Shown here in pieces: positions 35,651-50,600 of a stretch of DNA of 64,000 bases (the first letter of the stretch is position 1; the number at the start of each line of letters is the position of its first letter). The stretch covers positions 528,857 through 592,856 of the forward strand of contig NW_003314367.1 of NCBI RefSeq assembly GCF_000143415.4, given 5' to 3'. The position numbers and the translations under genes were made by a program. This DNA is from Selaginella moellendorffii. Lineage: Eukaryota > Plantae > Lycopodiophyta. Below the pieces are notes generated by a model. It was not told the DNA's origin. It did not search any database and saw nothing but the letters and a program-made list of their open reading frames with translations.

Positions 35651-38600
35651 TTGGTCTCAGAAGACTTGGTCTCAGACTCAATTTCAGATCTCAGACTTGG
35701 TCTCAAAGTCAGTCTCAGACTCAATTTTAGGTTTGGCCTCATTTGATGAATTCTTCATCATTCCAATCATGATTTTAGAATCCTTTATCTTACAACAACT
35801 TAGGGAGTTAGTTCCTTACAACTCCACTACTTATAGAAGAAGTTTACCATACCCCTCACCTCAACTCATGCTAGTAGATGGTTAGGACTCAAACCCAACC
35901 TTTGTAGAATACATCTACAAATTTGATATCCCCTTGGGGAGTTGGGTATAGCTCTCTACACTTGGTCGACCTAGCTAAACCCATGCTAATTAGCTTACTT
36001 TCGGGGTGCCTTTTGGGTCCCAACAAATGACATTACTCAATTTCGCAAATAGATACTTTAATTGAACTTTGTAGAAGTATGAAAAATTTTACCTTATAAA
36101 AATTCCTCCACTAAATCTCAAGCGTTCGCTATATTCTCCTCCAGTTCCCATGTTATTTCGTAAAGTGAAAATCCTTTCCACTTTACATTAACTCCATCAT
36201 CTCACATCTCTGTCACTTATTATTGCATGGATTGAGGATGGCCTCAACCTCGTATTCCTCCTCTTCTTGGATAACCTCAGGTAAAGGTCTCACTTGGTTT
36301 TTGCAAAGTGGGTCCTTAAAGTATGGCTTGAGTATGTTCACATGGAACACAGGGTGCATCTTCCTTATCTCCCGGAGAAGTCAAAGGTGATAAATTAAGT
36401 TATCAATTCAAGCCTCAATCTCATAAGGCCCTATAAATCTACTTAAGGAACTCAAGATTAACTCACTTCCAAGAATATATATATTTGAACTTTGGATCAA
36501 CTTTCGGTTGATCCCACTTAGTAACCTTAGGTTCTTGGTGTTCACCTTCTCCCCAAGTTGAAACTTTGCGTTTTTTATTTGTGTATTTGGTTTACCTTTG
36601 TTGAGCGCGTTCCAAGGAATCCCTCACTAGATTTCAAATATTAAGCCTATCTGCCAAGAATTCCTCCACTGTAGATAACTCTCTATGATACTTATACATG
36701 CCAAGTTTTACAAGACTTTCATTAGCTTGTGTATTGATGACTTCCAATTAACTCATCCCATACTCGAATGTGGTGAGTTGTTATAGCATAATTAGTCTGA
36801 TCTCTAGAGACATTCATCACAAATAAACTATCTATTCACCTTTTCCATTTATCCATCTGTTAAGAAGTGTGATTGCCATCATACTTGACTCAAAACATTT
36901 AATACCTATATATGGGTGTTAGGATGTGTTGAATTTTAGTTTGGTGCAATACTATCTAGGAGAGTTCTCTAGATGTTACTATTGAAAATCTTATCTCTAT
37001 CTAAAATAATTTCTTTCGGCCTTCTCTGCACTCAAACCACTTATTCAAATAATAAATTCATTTTAGAAAACCAATGCACCACCATAAATATCGCATCAAA
37101 CTTCACTTAGAGGGAGTCCCGTAATAAAGTCCATTCTAAAACATTTCTACGGACAATCAAGAATTGGGAGGCTTTGCAACAAGCCCCCACTAGCCTTAGT
37201 CATGGCCCTTACTTACTGACATATTAGATATGTCTTTACATAGCCTTGAACATTTTTAGCCATGTTTGGCTAGTAATACTTTTGCTTGAGTAAGCCTATT
37301 GTCTTCCGCACTCTACTATATCCCGCAAGAAGTCCATCATGACACTCTACTAAGGCTACCTTCCTTAATTCCTCTTGTGGAACATACACCCTTGTTTGTT
37401 TATAATAAATGAGTCCAATGCATTTTAAATAACGCATTTTCTTTTCCTTATGTGGCTCACCTCTCCAGTGAGCATCCCGTGCCTCTTTGTTTTTTTCTCA
37501 ATACTTCTTGTGCTACATCATTGTCCTCATACATTGTCTATGTAAGCCAAAAGTTTTTCCTTTCCAATTTGCCAACTTACCTTGTCTATCCGACCAACAC
37601 TGCCTTGGCTTTTAGCTAAATTCCCTCGCCAAGGTTTCCTACCTATTGTACCAGCTCCTACTTAGTCCTACTTGGTTTCAGCTACTCATTGCACAAGAAA
37701 TGAAGCATTAGCCATCCATCCACGGATTCCCAAATCTTGCCCAATCCCCCTCCCCGGGTTAAACTGGACTTAAGGTTCGGCTACACTCCCCATAGGCACA
37801 AGTAGCCAGGCACACCAAGCATCCAGGTTCCTAAGATCCCTTGGTACAACAAGACTTGATCATGGGACCCTCTAAATCCCAAGCCTTGGGTGCAACACAT
37901 GCTTCGGGACACCGGGGCAAAACACTGTGGCCTAATGGCCCGGTACCTCTACCCCCCTATTTCCATCCCGAAGGAAAGGCCTAAGCCCCTAGGAAGAGCG
38001 AGGACCAATGAGCCAGAAGGTATTTAAGTGGGGCACCACTTCACATGAGCCGGGAGCACTACAGTCAATTTCCCTTCCAAGAGTGGGAGCTGCTCTTGAG
38101 CACTTCCTTGGGTGGCCCCTCCGGCACCACCCAAGTCCATGCTCACTCCCACCCAAGGCCCCTCGATCATAGTCTTAACCTCAAGTCAGTTTGAAAGCAC
38201 CACTAGAGAGTTCCTTCAAGACTGGTTCTTGGACCTCACTATCCCTACTATACTTTTGGAACCCCCTATAGCCCCCTCGCCCCCCCCCCCCTGAGAGACA
38301 CACGCTTTGGGCTTTGACCCCTCGACCTGTATTAGTACTCGGACTTGGTCTCGGACTCGATCTTGGACTCGATCTCGGACCCGACTTCGGACTCAGTCTC
38401 GGACTCGATCTCGGACTTGACCTTGGACTCGATCTCAGACTCAACCTCCGACTTGGTCTCAGACCCGATCTTGGATCTTAGACTCTATCTTGAACTTGGT
38501 CTCAAACTCGGTCTCGAACTCGATCTCGGAGTTGGCCTCAGACTCGATCCCGAACTCTATCTTGAACTCGATCTCAAAGTCAGTCTTGGACTCAATCTCA

Positions 38601-40535
38601 AACTCGGTCCCATCTGATGAACTCTTTATCATTTCGGTCGTGCTTTCGGGGATCCTTTAGCTTATGACACCTTGGGGAGTTGGTTCCTTACAACTCCACC
38701 ACCTATAGAAGAAGTTTGATGCCCACATCGAACGTCTCTTTTTAATCCTACGACTTGTTGACCATGTCTCCAGGGCATCCCCCCACCTAGCGGTGTGCCT
38801 AAGTTAGCCTCCCTGGCCAAAAGCCCATGACAACAGAATATAGGTGTCCTTATACCCCTCACGTCACCACACCCTTGGTCTCACTTTGTCCTTGTGAAGC
38901 AAATCTTCAAAGTATGGCTTGAGTAAGTTCACGTGGAACACTGGGTGCATCTTTCCCATCTCTCGAGGAAGTTAGAGGCGGTAAGCACTTTACCGATTCG
39001 TGCCTCAATCTCGTAAGGCCCCGCAAACGTGCTTAAGGAACTCAAGATCAGTTCATTTCCAGGAATACATGCATTTTTACCTTTGGGTCAACTTCTGGCT
39101 AATCCCACTTGGTAGCCTTAGCTTTTTGGTGTTCAGCCACACCTTCTCCCTAAGTTGGAACTCTATGTCCGAGCGCTTCTGGTTCGCATACTTGGTTTGC
39201 TTTTGTTGAGCCCGTTCCAAGGAATCCCTCACGAGATTCCGAATGTTGAGTCTTTCCGTCGTGAATGCCTCCACTACAGGTAGCTCACCCATTGATGACT
39301 TCCCATGGACTCACCCTGATACTCGAGTGTGGTGAGTTCTTATAGCACATTTCCGCAAGTCCGAAATGACTTACCCAATTGGTCTAATCTCCCGAGAAAT
39401 AGCATCGCAAATAATCCTCCAGCTGCCTATTCACGCTTTCCGTTTGTTCGTCTGTCAAGAAGTGTTAGTGCCATCATACTTGACTTAATACCCAATACCT
39501 GTCTGTGGGTGATAGACTGTGCTGAATTTTAACTTGGTGTGATACTGGTCTAGGAGAGTTCTCCAAAACCTACTGGTGAAGATCTTATCTTGATCTGAGA
39601 TAATCTTTTCTGGCCTTCCCCGCACTCGAACCACTTGTTCAAAGAACAGCTTCACCACACCTTTTGCATGCATTTCCGTTGTGGTGGGTATGAGATGTGC
39701 CATCTTCGAAAATCAGTCCACCACGAATATCGCATCAAACCCCTTACTTGGGGGGAGTCTTGTGATGAAGTCCATCCTAAGACATTTAAATGGGTGATCT
39801 GGAATTGGGATGCTTTGTAATAAGCCCCCACTAGCTTTAGTACCGGTTTTGACCTGCTGACATGTTGGACATGTTTTTACATAATTTTGGACGTCTTTAG
39901 CCATATTTGGCCAGTGATACTTCCTCTTGAGTAAACCCATCATCTTGGGCACTCCGCTGTGTCCCGCAAGAGGTCTGTCATGACACTCTTCTAAGGCTAC
40001 CTTCCTTAGTTCCCCTTCTGAAACATACACCCTCGTTTGTTTATAATAGATGAGTCCATTGCATTCCGCATAACCTGTTTTCTCTTCTGTTGAAAACTCA
40101 CCTCTCTGGTGAGCTTCTCACGCCTCTTGGTTCCTCAGCAAAACTTCTTGTGCTAGACCATCACTCTCATACGCTGTCTGCACATCGTCCCAAAACGTTG
40201 TTTTCACACTAGATATCACCAACTTCAAATTTGCTTTTCAACTTAGAGCATCTGCCACGATGCTGCTCTTCCTAGGTTTATACATAATCTCACAATCAAA
40301 CTCAACCAAAGTGTTGGCCCACCGACCTTGTTTCCCTCTTAGGTCGGGTTGTGACAAGAAGTGTTTCATTGCCATATTATCTGTGTAAGATTTGAAGTGC
40401 CTCCCAAGGTAGTGTCACCACTCATTGAGTGCCTTGACCACCACAAATAATTCCTTCTGCTGGGCAAACCACTTTTGTTAAGCTTTGTTCAACTTCTTCG
40501 AGAAGAATGCCACTGGATGGTTGTCTTGCTTCAAT
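35651..40535 (-). mobile_element. Inverted block: family A RNase H-integrase, 3' LTR 37541-38692, older integrase/chromodomain and LTR start
   Basis: Integrase CHDRPLAGHSG..VKTCPTCQ..MDFIT. PPT at 38693. GTCTA flank at 37536-37540. Older LTR start at 35820. Confidence 0.85.
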
Positions 40536-41010
40536 TGAAACCAATTGTGGTGCTCTTGGCTCATGTGGAGTGGTGCCCCACTTGAGTACCATATGGCTCA
40601 TTGGTCCTAACTCCTTCCTAGGGGCTTGGGCCTTCCCTTTGGGATGGAAATGGGGGAGTAAGGGTACTTATACCAGGCTGTTAGGCCATAGTATTTCCCG
40701 TTGGGGTCACAGTAAAAGATGCACCCAAGGCTTGAGATTTAGAGGGTCCTATGATCAAGTCTTATTGTACCTAGGGAAGTTAGAAATCTAGAGACTTGGT
40801 TGCTTGGCTGCTTATGCTTGCAGAAAGTGTAGCCAAACCTTAAGTCTAATTTAGCTTAGAAAGGTGGATTGAGAGAGAATTAAGGAATATGTAGATAGAT
40901 GGCTAACACCCTATTGTTTGTGTAGTGAGTAGCTGAAACAAAGTAAGACCAAGTAAGAGTTATTACAATATATATGAACCTTAGCAAGGGAACTTAACTA
41001 AAGCCAAAGC
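40536..41010 (+). mobile_element. Distal part of an older family A LTR
   Basis: Matches 24215-24690 with many transitions. Confidence 0.8.
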
Positions 41011-41535
41011 AGAGTCAAACCTGAGACCTTTTTAATACCATATATAAGCTTCTGGATTTGGACTTCTCAAAAGGTCACCTAACTTAGTACTATTCAAACC
41101 TAAGAATACTTAACCTCAAATATTTCAAAACTCTTAACCGATTGGAAAAGAGGGTTCACTCTTGTTCATAGGCCCTTTCCTTCTATATTTAAACCCTTGT
41201 GGATCATCTCTTGAGTTGTTCCATTTAGTTGTTTACAATCCATCACGCTTCCTTACAAGTTTATGCCCTTGTAAATGGAAGTTAAGAGTAGCAACTCTCT
41301 CTCGACCATAGCTCTCTTGATACCCTACCCCTCGAGTTGAGCCCAACTAAAGGAAAACTAGACATGCTAGATATTAATCTCAACATATGGTGTGATTCCC
41401 CTAGCCAATCAACAAAGTCAAACTCGAGACCCCTTTGATATCAAATATAAGCTTTTAAAATTAAACTTCCCAAAAAGTCACCTAACCCAATACTATTCAA
41501 ACCCAAGGATGCTTAATCCCAACGATCCCAAGACC
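41011..41535 (-). mobile_element. Cassandra-type TRIM tandem (internal-LTR-internal-LTR); second copy at ~46921-47550
   Basis: LTR 41043-41322 with 5S-like core and PPT (CCCTACCCCT on +). Degenerate PBS before 41043 and before 41446. Confidence 0.75.
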
Positions 41536-44500
41536 TACATGCTACACCTTGCATTGCACATATTGTGCAACTCCACTTCCTCATCCTAGGAAGTTCTCCA
41601 CTTGAGGGCACCATCATCCTCTGTTTGATTTCATGCCACCTTTGGGCACTGAGTTCCAGTTATCATATTTTGGTGCTAGGGCTGTCCACGGCCCTATCTT
41701 TTGGCTACTTTGCCGCTCCCTCACTTAGAGCTTTTACTTCGCCAAATTGGAGCACTTAGGAATCCATCCTTGGAAGTCCACTTCCTTTCCCACAAACCGT
41801 TAGCATCAAACACATTAGTGTTCCTTGGTTAACTTTGCCATTTGGATCCCTTCCATTAAATTCCATGGCCCAAACTTGGCCACTAGTCCTTTGCTCCTAC
41901 CCTTGATTGTTTGCACCCAGCAACGTAGGATTGCTACCTCCATTTTCGAGGTATCCCTTCGGTTCCATAGCAAATACTCTTCTTTGCCAAGTCCGGAGGA
42001 TGTTCACCCCTAGTACGTCTCTTTAGCATCTTCTGCTGTGGGCTCTATCCACGGCCCAACTTTGTGACTCTCCCATGGGTCTCTTATAGAGACTACTTTC
42101 CTTGGACTCACTATGCCATCACACGGACACAGCCTATTTCCCTTAGGTGCTCTTCCCACTTGGCCACCTTGACCAAGCCACACCATCTTAAATAGTTCAA
42201 ATCAACATTTTGAACCAGGAACTTCATTCCTTAGCCAACCAAGGACCTTGTCCTTATTTTGGCTATAAGATCACATAGTGATCTCACCTTGGCACCCTAA
42301 CAGAGTTGCCAAGAGGTACTTGGTCTTCTAGACCTTCAAGTTGTTGACCATTACCCCGGGGGCATCCCCCACACTTGGCGGTGCACCCAAGCCAGCCCTT
42401 ACGGCCAAGGGTCCATAGCAACTGAGATTAGGTGTCCCCATCTCACTCACCACGTCCTTGGTGCCACTTGCACCAAAGCGTTCAAGTTAGATATGCTGAG
42501 CTTTCACACTAAGCAATCTAACCGTGCATCACGACTCCGAGGCATCCCTTGCTTGGCGGTGTGCCCAAACCAGTCTCCCCACTGAGAGTCCATGACCACC
42601 GAAATATGAGTGTCCTCATATTCCAAACCATCACCACGCCCTAGTGATTTGGGACTCGAACCCAAGCACTAGAGGGTCGGGACTCGAACCCAACCTCCGT
42701 ATATGCATCTACGGATGGCATCACACAAGATGCCTGGCGTGACTCCCCACGCCGGTGCACCAACTTATATTTAAAGCGCGCTACAGATCACAACTTAGGA
42801 ACCTAGTTCCCCCGCATTGCCAAGTCCTCTCACTTGACAAGTTTGTGATCATACATGGACTCCTCCATGCTTGGCCCCATGGCCCACCCTTTTTGAAGTT
42901 ATCACCTTCAACTAGGGTATTTGTTCCCCTGACTTGCCAATCTCGCTTGGCAAGTCCTCAGACCACTGTAATATGGTTCTTGCACAAGCGTGAAAGTCCT
43001 TGACCATTGACTTTCATTCAAAGCCCTCTCTTTGAACACTCGGGAACTACTTCCCTAACCTTGACAGCCTTGCCTCATGGCAAGCTTCAAGACCACGCTT
43101 CTGCTGCGCCACTCTGATTTCGCGCGTTCTATGAATCATTTACACTTTGGCCTTTCTAGGTACTAAGCTACCTAGAATCGTCTTCGGGAACCTTGAAGGA
43201 ACTCTGTCCCTTAGCTTGCTAAGGCCTCCCTTTTTGCAAGCTTTCCAATTGCCACATAGTCTAACATGGACAATTCCATATTTTAGACTCTCCATGGCAT
43301 CACGGTTGCTAGCGGCAACACCCTCGAGCCCCCACTTGATTCTCCACTCCCAGCTGGCATAACCAACCTTGGTTAGGCCCTTCGATTCCTATGGTTCGGT
43401 TCCATCCCCTTACTTCTTGCTTTTGGCTTCACACCTTTCCTTCGGTCATTCTCCTCCAGACCAGGAGGATAGCTTTGCACTTTCTATCATGCCTTAGCAA
43501 GTATCCATAGGGATGAACCTACCCAATAGCCCAGGGAGTGGTTCCTCAATCTGGGTATGCTCACCTTATAATCCCACACACTGGGATTACATTGTTGCTT
43601 ATGGGCCTTTACATGCCCATCACTAGCCTTGCCAAAATTCCATTTTTGGCTTTGTCCAACTCGGGTAGACAGTCCTCTCCTGTCTCCGCAACCTTGGACA
43701 TTTGGATAGCACCTTCTATCCATCATTCGCTAGGGACTTAGTCCCTTGGGCTTTATCCATTGCCCTCACGACATCAAACACCACCTTCTGGTGTTCTAGA
43801 GTGTTCGGGTGTCCCAATGATGGCTTTCTTGACAATGAGTATTTCCTTTTATGACATTGACTTACTATATCGCAACACAAGCAACTTATCCCCCATAAGG
43901 GTATATCCGACTTCCCTATGCTATTAAGAAGTCTTGGGTAGCTACCTTCTACCCGTTTAACCAGTTATTTTGCACCTCTTGCTTAGTTGCCTCATAGTTG
44001 TCAAGTCCTACAACTCATTGTTTGGTGCTTTCACACCTCCATCATTATCTGGGTCACCACACTCCAATTGCATGCTTTGCAGCTTAAGCTATGCCATTCC
44101 CATTTCCATTGGGATTCCTTTGGCAAGGGGTTCTCATGAACCCACCAACATAGCCTCAAGGTATCACACCTTGGCACATTTGGTGTCTCCACACCATCGG
44201 CTCCACGAGCCTTCCTCTATGACATTTCTTCTTTGTGTCTAAGTCTTTGCCAAGACCAATACCGCTCTTTCTCATGCCAACCATTTGTTAGCACTGCACC
44301 ATAGAGGTCACACACAACTTTGTGTCAAAGTTGTTTTCTTTTTTGGGAACACCTTTCCCATGACTTTAGCATGGCACATTTTGCCATCGATGAAATACCC
44401 TCTGTTCTCATCCTTGGATCCTATGATCCCCCCCCATCCTTCGTGGGGTATAACATACCTCAGTCTAAATGCTTCAATCAGTCCCTTTTAGAACCATTCC

Positions 44501-46769
44501 TTGACTCTACTTGAGTCATCCAGCAGTTTTGGACTTGGTTAATCCACAGACCCGTAAGGTCCCACTTGTGAGGCACTAGCTCACTGGAATACACTTCCTG
44601 CATTCCTACTCAGAAGGACTATTTTCACAAATGTTACTCTGACACTTGTTTTTGTTCTCTAGGGCAACCTCTGCCCCTTAGGACTACTTGTCCATGTGAT
44701 GAGAATACCATCTCATCTCTAGGTACACCCCCCAACTCCTTGGGTTGTTCCAGCATTTATTAAAGGTAGCCCCGGCTACCATTTCAAGGACTTGAGTCCT
44801 CTTCCATATTTGACCTCCCACGGTCATTACCTCTGGTCTCACATTCATGAGCACCAACCTCAACTATATGAGGATAATCTTGTGACTCCTTTATTATTTT
44901 GGAGTCTACATCTTTCCCGTGATCCCAACTATAGTTATTTATCACAACTACGTTAGCCCGTTTGCTGCGTCAAACGCTCATTTGGATCACATCCTCAACT
45001 CTTTGAGGAGACCTTATACTGTTCCCAAGATCCCAAAGTCGTTCCATTATTGGCCCTTTTCTATCCACCACATTGTGCCCAAGTTCACACATGAACTTGA
45101 GTGGAGAGCCATGTCCTCTCGACATGCTACTCCTCAAGGATAGGCCCACTCCTAGGACCTTTCGATGCCAACATTAATGGTGATATACTTGAGCACCAAT
45201 AAAAGTCGGACTAAGGAACAGCTCCGATACCAAATTGTAAGCAACTAATTTTTCCATTCTACTTTAGTCACTTAACTACACCTCCGACCACTTGGAGGAG
45301 TCTCATTCACAACCTCCATAAGTCCAACTCAGGACTTAGGGCTTGCTAGCCCCGAGAATGGCATCCATGCCACTCAACCTTAGCACTTGGTCCAAGTGCT
45401 CCACTTGTCCGATCCCATGATCGACACCCCAAGGTACTACCGACGTATCAGCCCGTTACGCTAAGGCCATGCCCATTTACCTTGGTCACACTGGTGGTCC
45501 AACACCACCTGCATTCCAATCCCGTCTCTCAAAGACGGGGTCATCTGTCCATGAGTGATCATCCCAGATCCACTCCTTAACATCCTTAGGATGCCTACAG
45601 ACATGGGGAATAGCCTTCCCCAATATCTCTGTTCCGGTCCCCACCAAGTCCCTTTCTGTCCTTGGCTGTGTTCGCCAACACTGCCACTGGTTCAAGGCCC
45701 ACCGGCCCGACCACTAAGTCCCACTATCCTCTTGGACTTCCTCACTGTGCGACTGTGTCCTTGGCCACCACACCAGAGGGCTACCCCTCTTCCTTTCCAC
45801 AGTCTGGGACTTTGGGACACCATTTCGGAACACCGTGGCCTTACGCAAGCCTCATAGGTACTCTCCCCACCTTTCGCCTTTAGGTGCTCTAGCCATGGGC
45901 TTAGAGCGAGGTTCCATTGAGCCACGACAGGTATCCAAGTAGGTAGTGCCACCCACACTTGGACTGGGAGCATCGGCCAGTCGATCTCCCGGGGGAACTA
46001 GAGCCGGCTCTTGAACACTTCACCAAGCTACCCCGCTGGTCGGCTTGTGTTCACTCTAGTCTTGGACTTCCCAGTGGGCAGCTCATCACCCAACACTGGG
46101 TCCGGCCTTCCTGGGCCAAACTAGCCTTTCCTGGCCAAACTGGCTCCATTGCAGTCCTCCCCCTACTATACTTTTGGAGCTCACCAAACCCCCCAGGGTC
46201 TGGGAGACAAACGCTTTGGGCTTTCACCCTCTCAGACTCAAACTCAAACTTGGACTCGGACTCGGGCTTGGTCTCGGCCTCGGCCCCGGTCTCGGTCTCG
46301 GTCCCGATCTCGGTCTCGGTCTCGGTTCCGGTCTCGGTCTCGACCTCAGACTCCATCTTGGGTCCATCTCGGGTCCATCTCGGACTCCACCTCGGACTCC
46401 ATCTCGGGTCCATCTTGGACTCCATCTCGGACTCCACCTCGGACTCCACCTCGGGTCCATCTCGGACTCCACCTCGGACTCCACCTCGGGTCCATCTCGG
46501 ACTCCACTTCGGACCCGAACTCGGGTCCATCTCGGACACTTCCACGTGTCATGTGTTGGTCCATTTTGGGTCCCTTTTTGGAGCCTCGCTTGTTGCTTGC
46601 TTCGTGCTTGTTCCTTGAGCACTTTGTTGGGAGTTCCACTCCCGCTCTCAACCTTTCGAGTCAGAGCTTTTAGTCCAAATGTGTTACGCTCGTTTGGTTT
46701 TCACTTCGGCCACCACCACATGGCACCCTTCCGGCTCCACTTTGGGGCCTAGGGATTTTGTGTCTCACA
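41536..46769 (-). mobile_element. Family B element: 5' LTR 45236-46769, PBS, non-coding interior, 3' truncated
   Basis: GCTCCGATACCA at 45221-45232. Interior is homologous to 26879-27970 and 47700-51185. No gag/pol motifs recognised. Confidence 0.85.
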
Positions 46770-47699
46770 GAAAGGTGGATTGAGAGAGAATTAGGAATAT
46801 GTAGATAGATGGCTAACACCCTATTGTTTGTGTAGTGAGTAGCTGAAACAAAGTAAAACCAAGTAAGAGTTATTACAATATATATGAACCTTGGCAAGGG
46901 AACTTAACTAAAGCCAAAGCAGAGTCAAACCTGAGACCTTTTTAATACCATATATAAGCTTCTGGATTTGGACTTCTCAAAAGGTCACCTAACTTAGTAC
47001 TATTCAAACCTAAAAATACTTAACCTCAAATATTTCAAAACTCTTAACCGATTGGAAAAAAGGGTTCACTCTTGTTCATAGGCCCTTTCCTTCTATATTT
47101 AAACCCTTGTGGATCATCTCTTGAGTTGTTCCATTTAGTTGTTTACAATCCATCACGCTTCCTTACAAGTTTATGCCCTTGTAAATGGAAGTTAAGAGTA
47201 GCAACTCTCTCTCGACCATAGCTCTCTTGATACCCTACCCCTCGAGTTGAGCCCAACTAAAGGAAAACTAGACATGCTAGATATTAATCTCAACATATGG
47301 TGTGATTCCCCTAGCCAATCAACAAAGTCAAACTCGAGACCCCTTTGATATCAAATATAAGCTTTTAAAATTAAACTTCCCAAAAAGTCACCCAACCCAA
47401 TACTATTCAAACCCAATGATGCTTAATCCCAACGATCCCAAGACCCTTAACCATTTGGAAAAGGGGTGCACTTTTATTTATGGGCCCTTTAGCTTTATAT
47501 TTTTAACTTTACAAATCATCTCTTAAGTCATTCTCTTTGGTTATTTACAATATATGATAATAACATAGTTGTCAGTAGCAACATCTTTGAACACCCACTT
47601 AATTCTCAACTCCCAACTTGCATAACCACCCTTAGATATGCTTTTTGATTTTTATGGTTCAATTTTATCCCTTTATTACTTACTTTTGGCATAATATGT

Positions 47700-50600
47700 T
47701 CCCTTCAGTTATTCTCTTCCAGACTAGGAAAGTAGCTTTGCACTTTCTACCATGTTTTAATAAATATTCTTAGAGATGAATCTACTCAATGACTTAGGGA
47801 GTGATTCTTCAATTTATATATACTTATCTTATAATCCCACACACTAGGATTAACACCAAAGAGGTGGTATTTACATTATGAAGGTATTAATTAAGCCCTA
47901 AGGAACTAAGTCTCTAAAGAAAAATAGATAAAAGGTGCTATTTAATATCCAAGATTGACAAAAGCTAAAGATGGGGTAAGTTCGACTATCTAAAGTGGAT
48001 AAAGCTAAAAGGATTTTAGCATGGTTAGCAATGAGCATAGAGAGGATGAGTAGCAATGTTACTTATGCGCTTATATGTTTTTGTGATAGACTTCCCAAGC
48101 AATGAATATTTCCTATTGATACTAACCCACAATATTGCAATATAAGCATAATATCCCTTAAAGGATGTATCTAACCTCCTCATTATCCAACCAAAAAGTC
48201 TCAAAAAGTTAGTTCTCACAAATTATTCCAGACCTTTACTTAGTTGCTTTATAATTGTCATATCTTACAACTCATTACTAGTGCTTTCACACCTCCATCA
48301 ATATTTGGTACAAGCACATAAATCCAACTATATCCAGGATATGCCAACCCCATTTCCATTTGGGTTATTTTGGCAAAAAGTTCTCATGAATCAACCAACT
48401 TGACCTCAAGGCATCATCCTTTAAGACATTTGGGGTCTCTACCCTATCAACTCCACAAGCCTTCCCTTACAACACTTTCCAATTGTATTTAAATCTTTCC
48501 AAGACCAAAGCAATTATTTCTTATGCAAACTATTGGTTAATATTGTTATTTGATATTCACACACAACTCTTTGTTAAAGTTGCTCTCTTTCATAAACACC
48601 TTTTCACAACTTTAGTATAGCACTTTCTATCATTAATGAGATACCCACAATTTTCATATTTGGAACTTTTGATCCTCTTAGTCTTTCACTAGATATAATA
48701 CACCTTCATTTAAACAAAATTCCTCCAAACCTTTGGGACCATCCCTTGACTCTACTAAGTCATCAAACTTTTAGACTTTATTAATTCAATATCCCATAAG
48801 GTTTTAGTCTCTTAACTACTTTTGAGGTGTCACCACACTTGAATATAACTTCTTATATTCAGATCCTTTTCACAATGACTATCTTTGTCCTTTATTCTAT
48901 ATAGGTTACTTTCACCCCTTAGAATTATCCTTTCATATAATGAGAACACCAACTCATCCTTTGAGTACACCCCCCAACTTCTTAGGTTGTTCCAGCCTTT
49001 ATTAATTGTAGCCTCAACTACCATTTCAAGGACATATGTCCTCATCTGTATTTGACCTCATTTGGTCATTAACTCTAGTATTAAATTCATGAATACCATT
49101 CTTAACCATGTGAAGATAAGCTTGTGACTCCTTTATTGTCTTGGAGTGTCTATCTTTCCTGTGACCCCAACTACAATTATTTACCATAACCATATTAGCT
49201 AGTTTGCTAAGTTAAATGCTTATATGTGTAAGACATAAAATCCCTAGGCCCCAAAGAGAAGCCAAAAGGGTGCTACATTGTAATGGATGAGGTGGAAGCC
49301 AAACGAGGTAACACATATGGACTAAAAGCTCCAACGTGAAAAATCGAGAGCGGGAGTGGAAATCCCAATGAAGTCCTCGAGGAATGAGCACGAACCGAGC
49401 AATAAGTGAGTCTCTAATAAAAAGACACAAAAGGACCAACATATGACACATAGAAGTGTTTGAGATGGAGTCTGAGATGGAGTCTAAGAAGGAGTCTTAG
49501 ATGGAGTTTGAGAAGGAGTCTGAGATGGAGTCTAAGATTGAGTCCAAAATGGATCTAAGATGGAGTCCGAGATAGACCCGAGATGGAGTCTGAGATGGAG
49601 TCCAAGATGGACCCGAGATGGAATCCGAGATGGACTCGAGATGGAGTCCAAGATGGACCCAAGATGGAGTCCGGGATAGAACTGAGATGGACTTAAGATG
49701 GAGTCCTAAATGGAGTCCGAGATGGAGTCCGAGATGGAGTTTGAGATGGACCCGAGATGAACCTGAGATGGAGTCCAAGATGGACTCGAGATGGAGTCTG
49801 AGATGAATCCGAGATGGAGTCCGAGATGGAGTCTAAGATTGAGATTGAAACCAAGACTAAGTTTGAGACTGAGACCGAGTTCGAGTCCAAGACCAAGACC
49901 GAGACTGAGTTCGAGTCTAAATATTAATATAGGCTGTTGGGTGAAAGCCCAAAGCAATTGTTCCTTAGGGGGGTGGGGGCTATAGAGGGTTTCAAAAGTA
50001 TAGTAGGAAGAGTGTGGGGGTGGACCCCAGTGGAGCCAGTTTGGCCAAGAAAGGCCAGTATGACCTAGGAAGGCTATACCCAGGTGTTGGGTGATGATAT
50101 GTCCACTGAGGAGTCCAAGGCTAGAGTGAACACGGACTGACAAGCAGGGTAGCTTGGTGAACTGTTCAAAAGCTGGCTTTAGTTCCTCCATGAGATCGAA
50201 TGGTCGATGCTCCCAGTCCAAGCGTGGGTGGCACTACTTACTTGGATACCTAGTGTGGCTCAATGGAACCTCGCTCTAAGCCTATAGCTAGAGCACCCAA
50301 AGGTAGAAGTTGGGGAGAGTAGCCATGAGGCTCGCATAGAGCTACGATGTTCCGAAATATTATCCCAAAGTCCCAGACTGTGAAAAGGAAAAGGGGTAGT
50401 TCTCTGGTGTAGTGACTAAGGTTACAGTCATATGATGTGGAAGTCCCAAAGGATAGTGGGACTTAGTGGTTGGGCCAGTGGGCATTGACATAGTGTCAAT
50501 GTCGGCAAACACGGCCCTGAACAAAAAGGGACTTGGTGGGGACCAAAAAAGGGATATTGGAGAAGGTTGTTCCCCATGTTTGGGGGCATCCCTAAGGATA

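Larger units (their letters stand above)
40859..47445 (+). repeat. 677-bp direct duplication (40859-41535 and 46770-47445)
   Basis: Near-identical copies, about seven differences by eye, flanking a 5.2-kb family B fragment. Confidence 0.92.
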
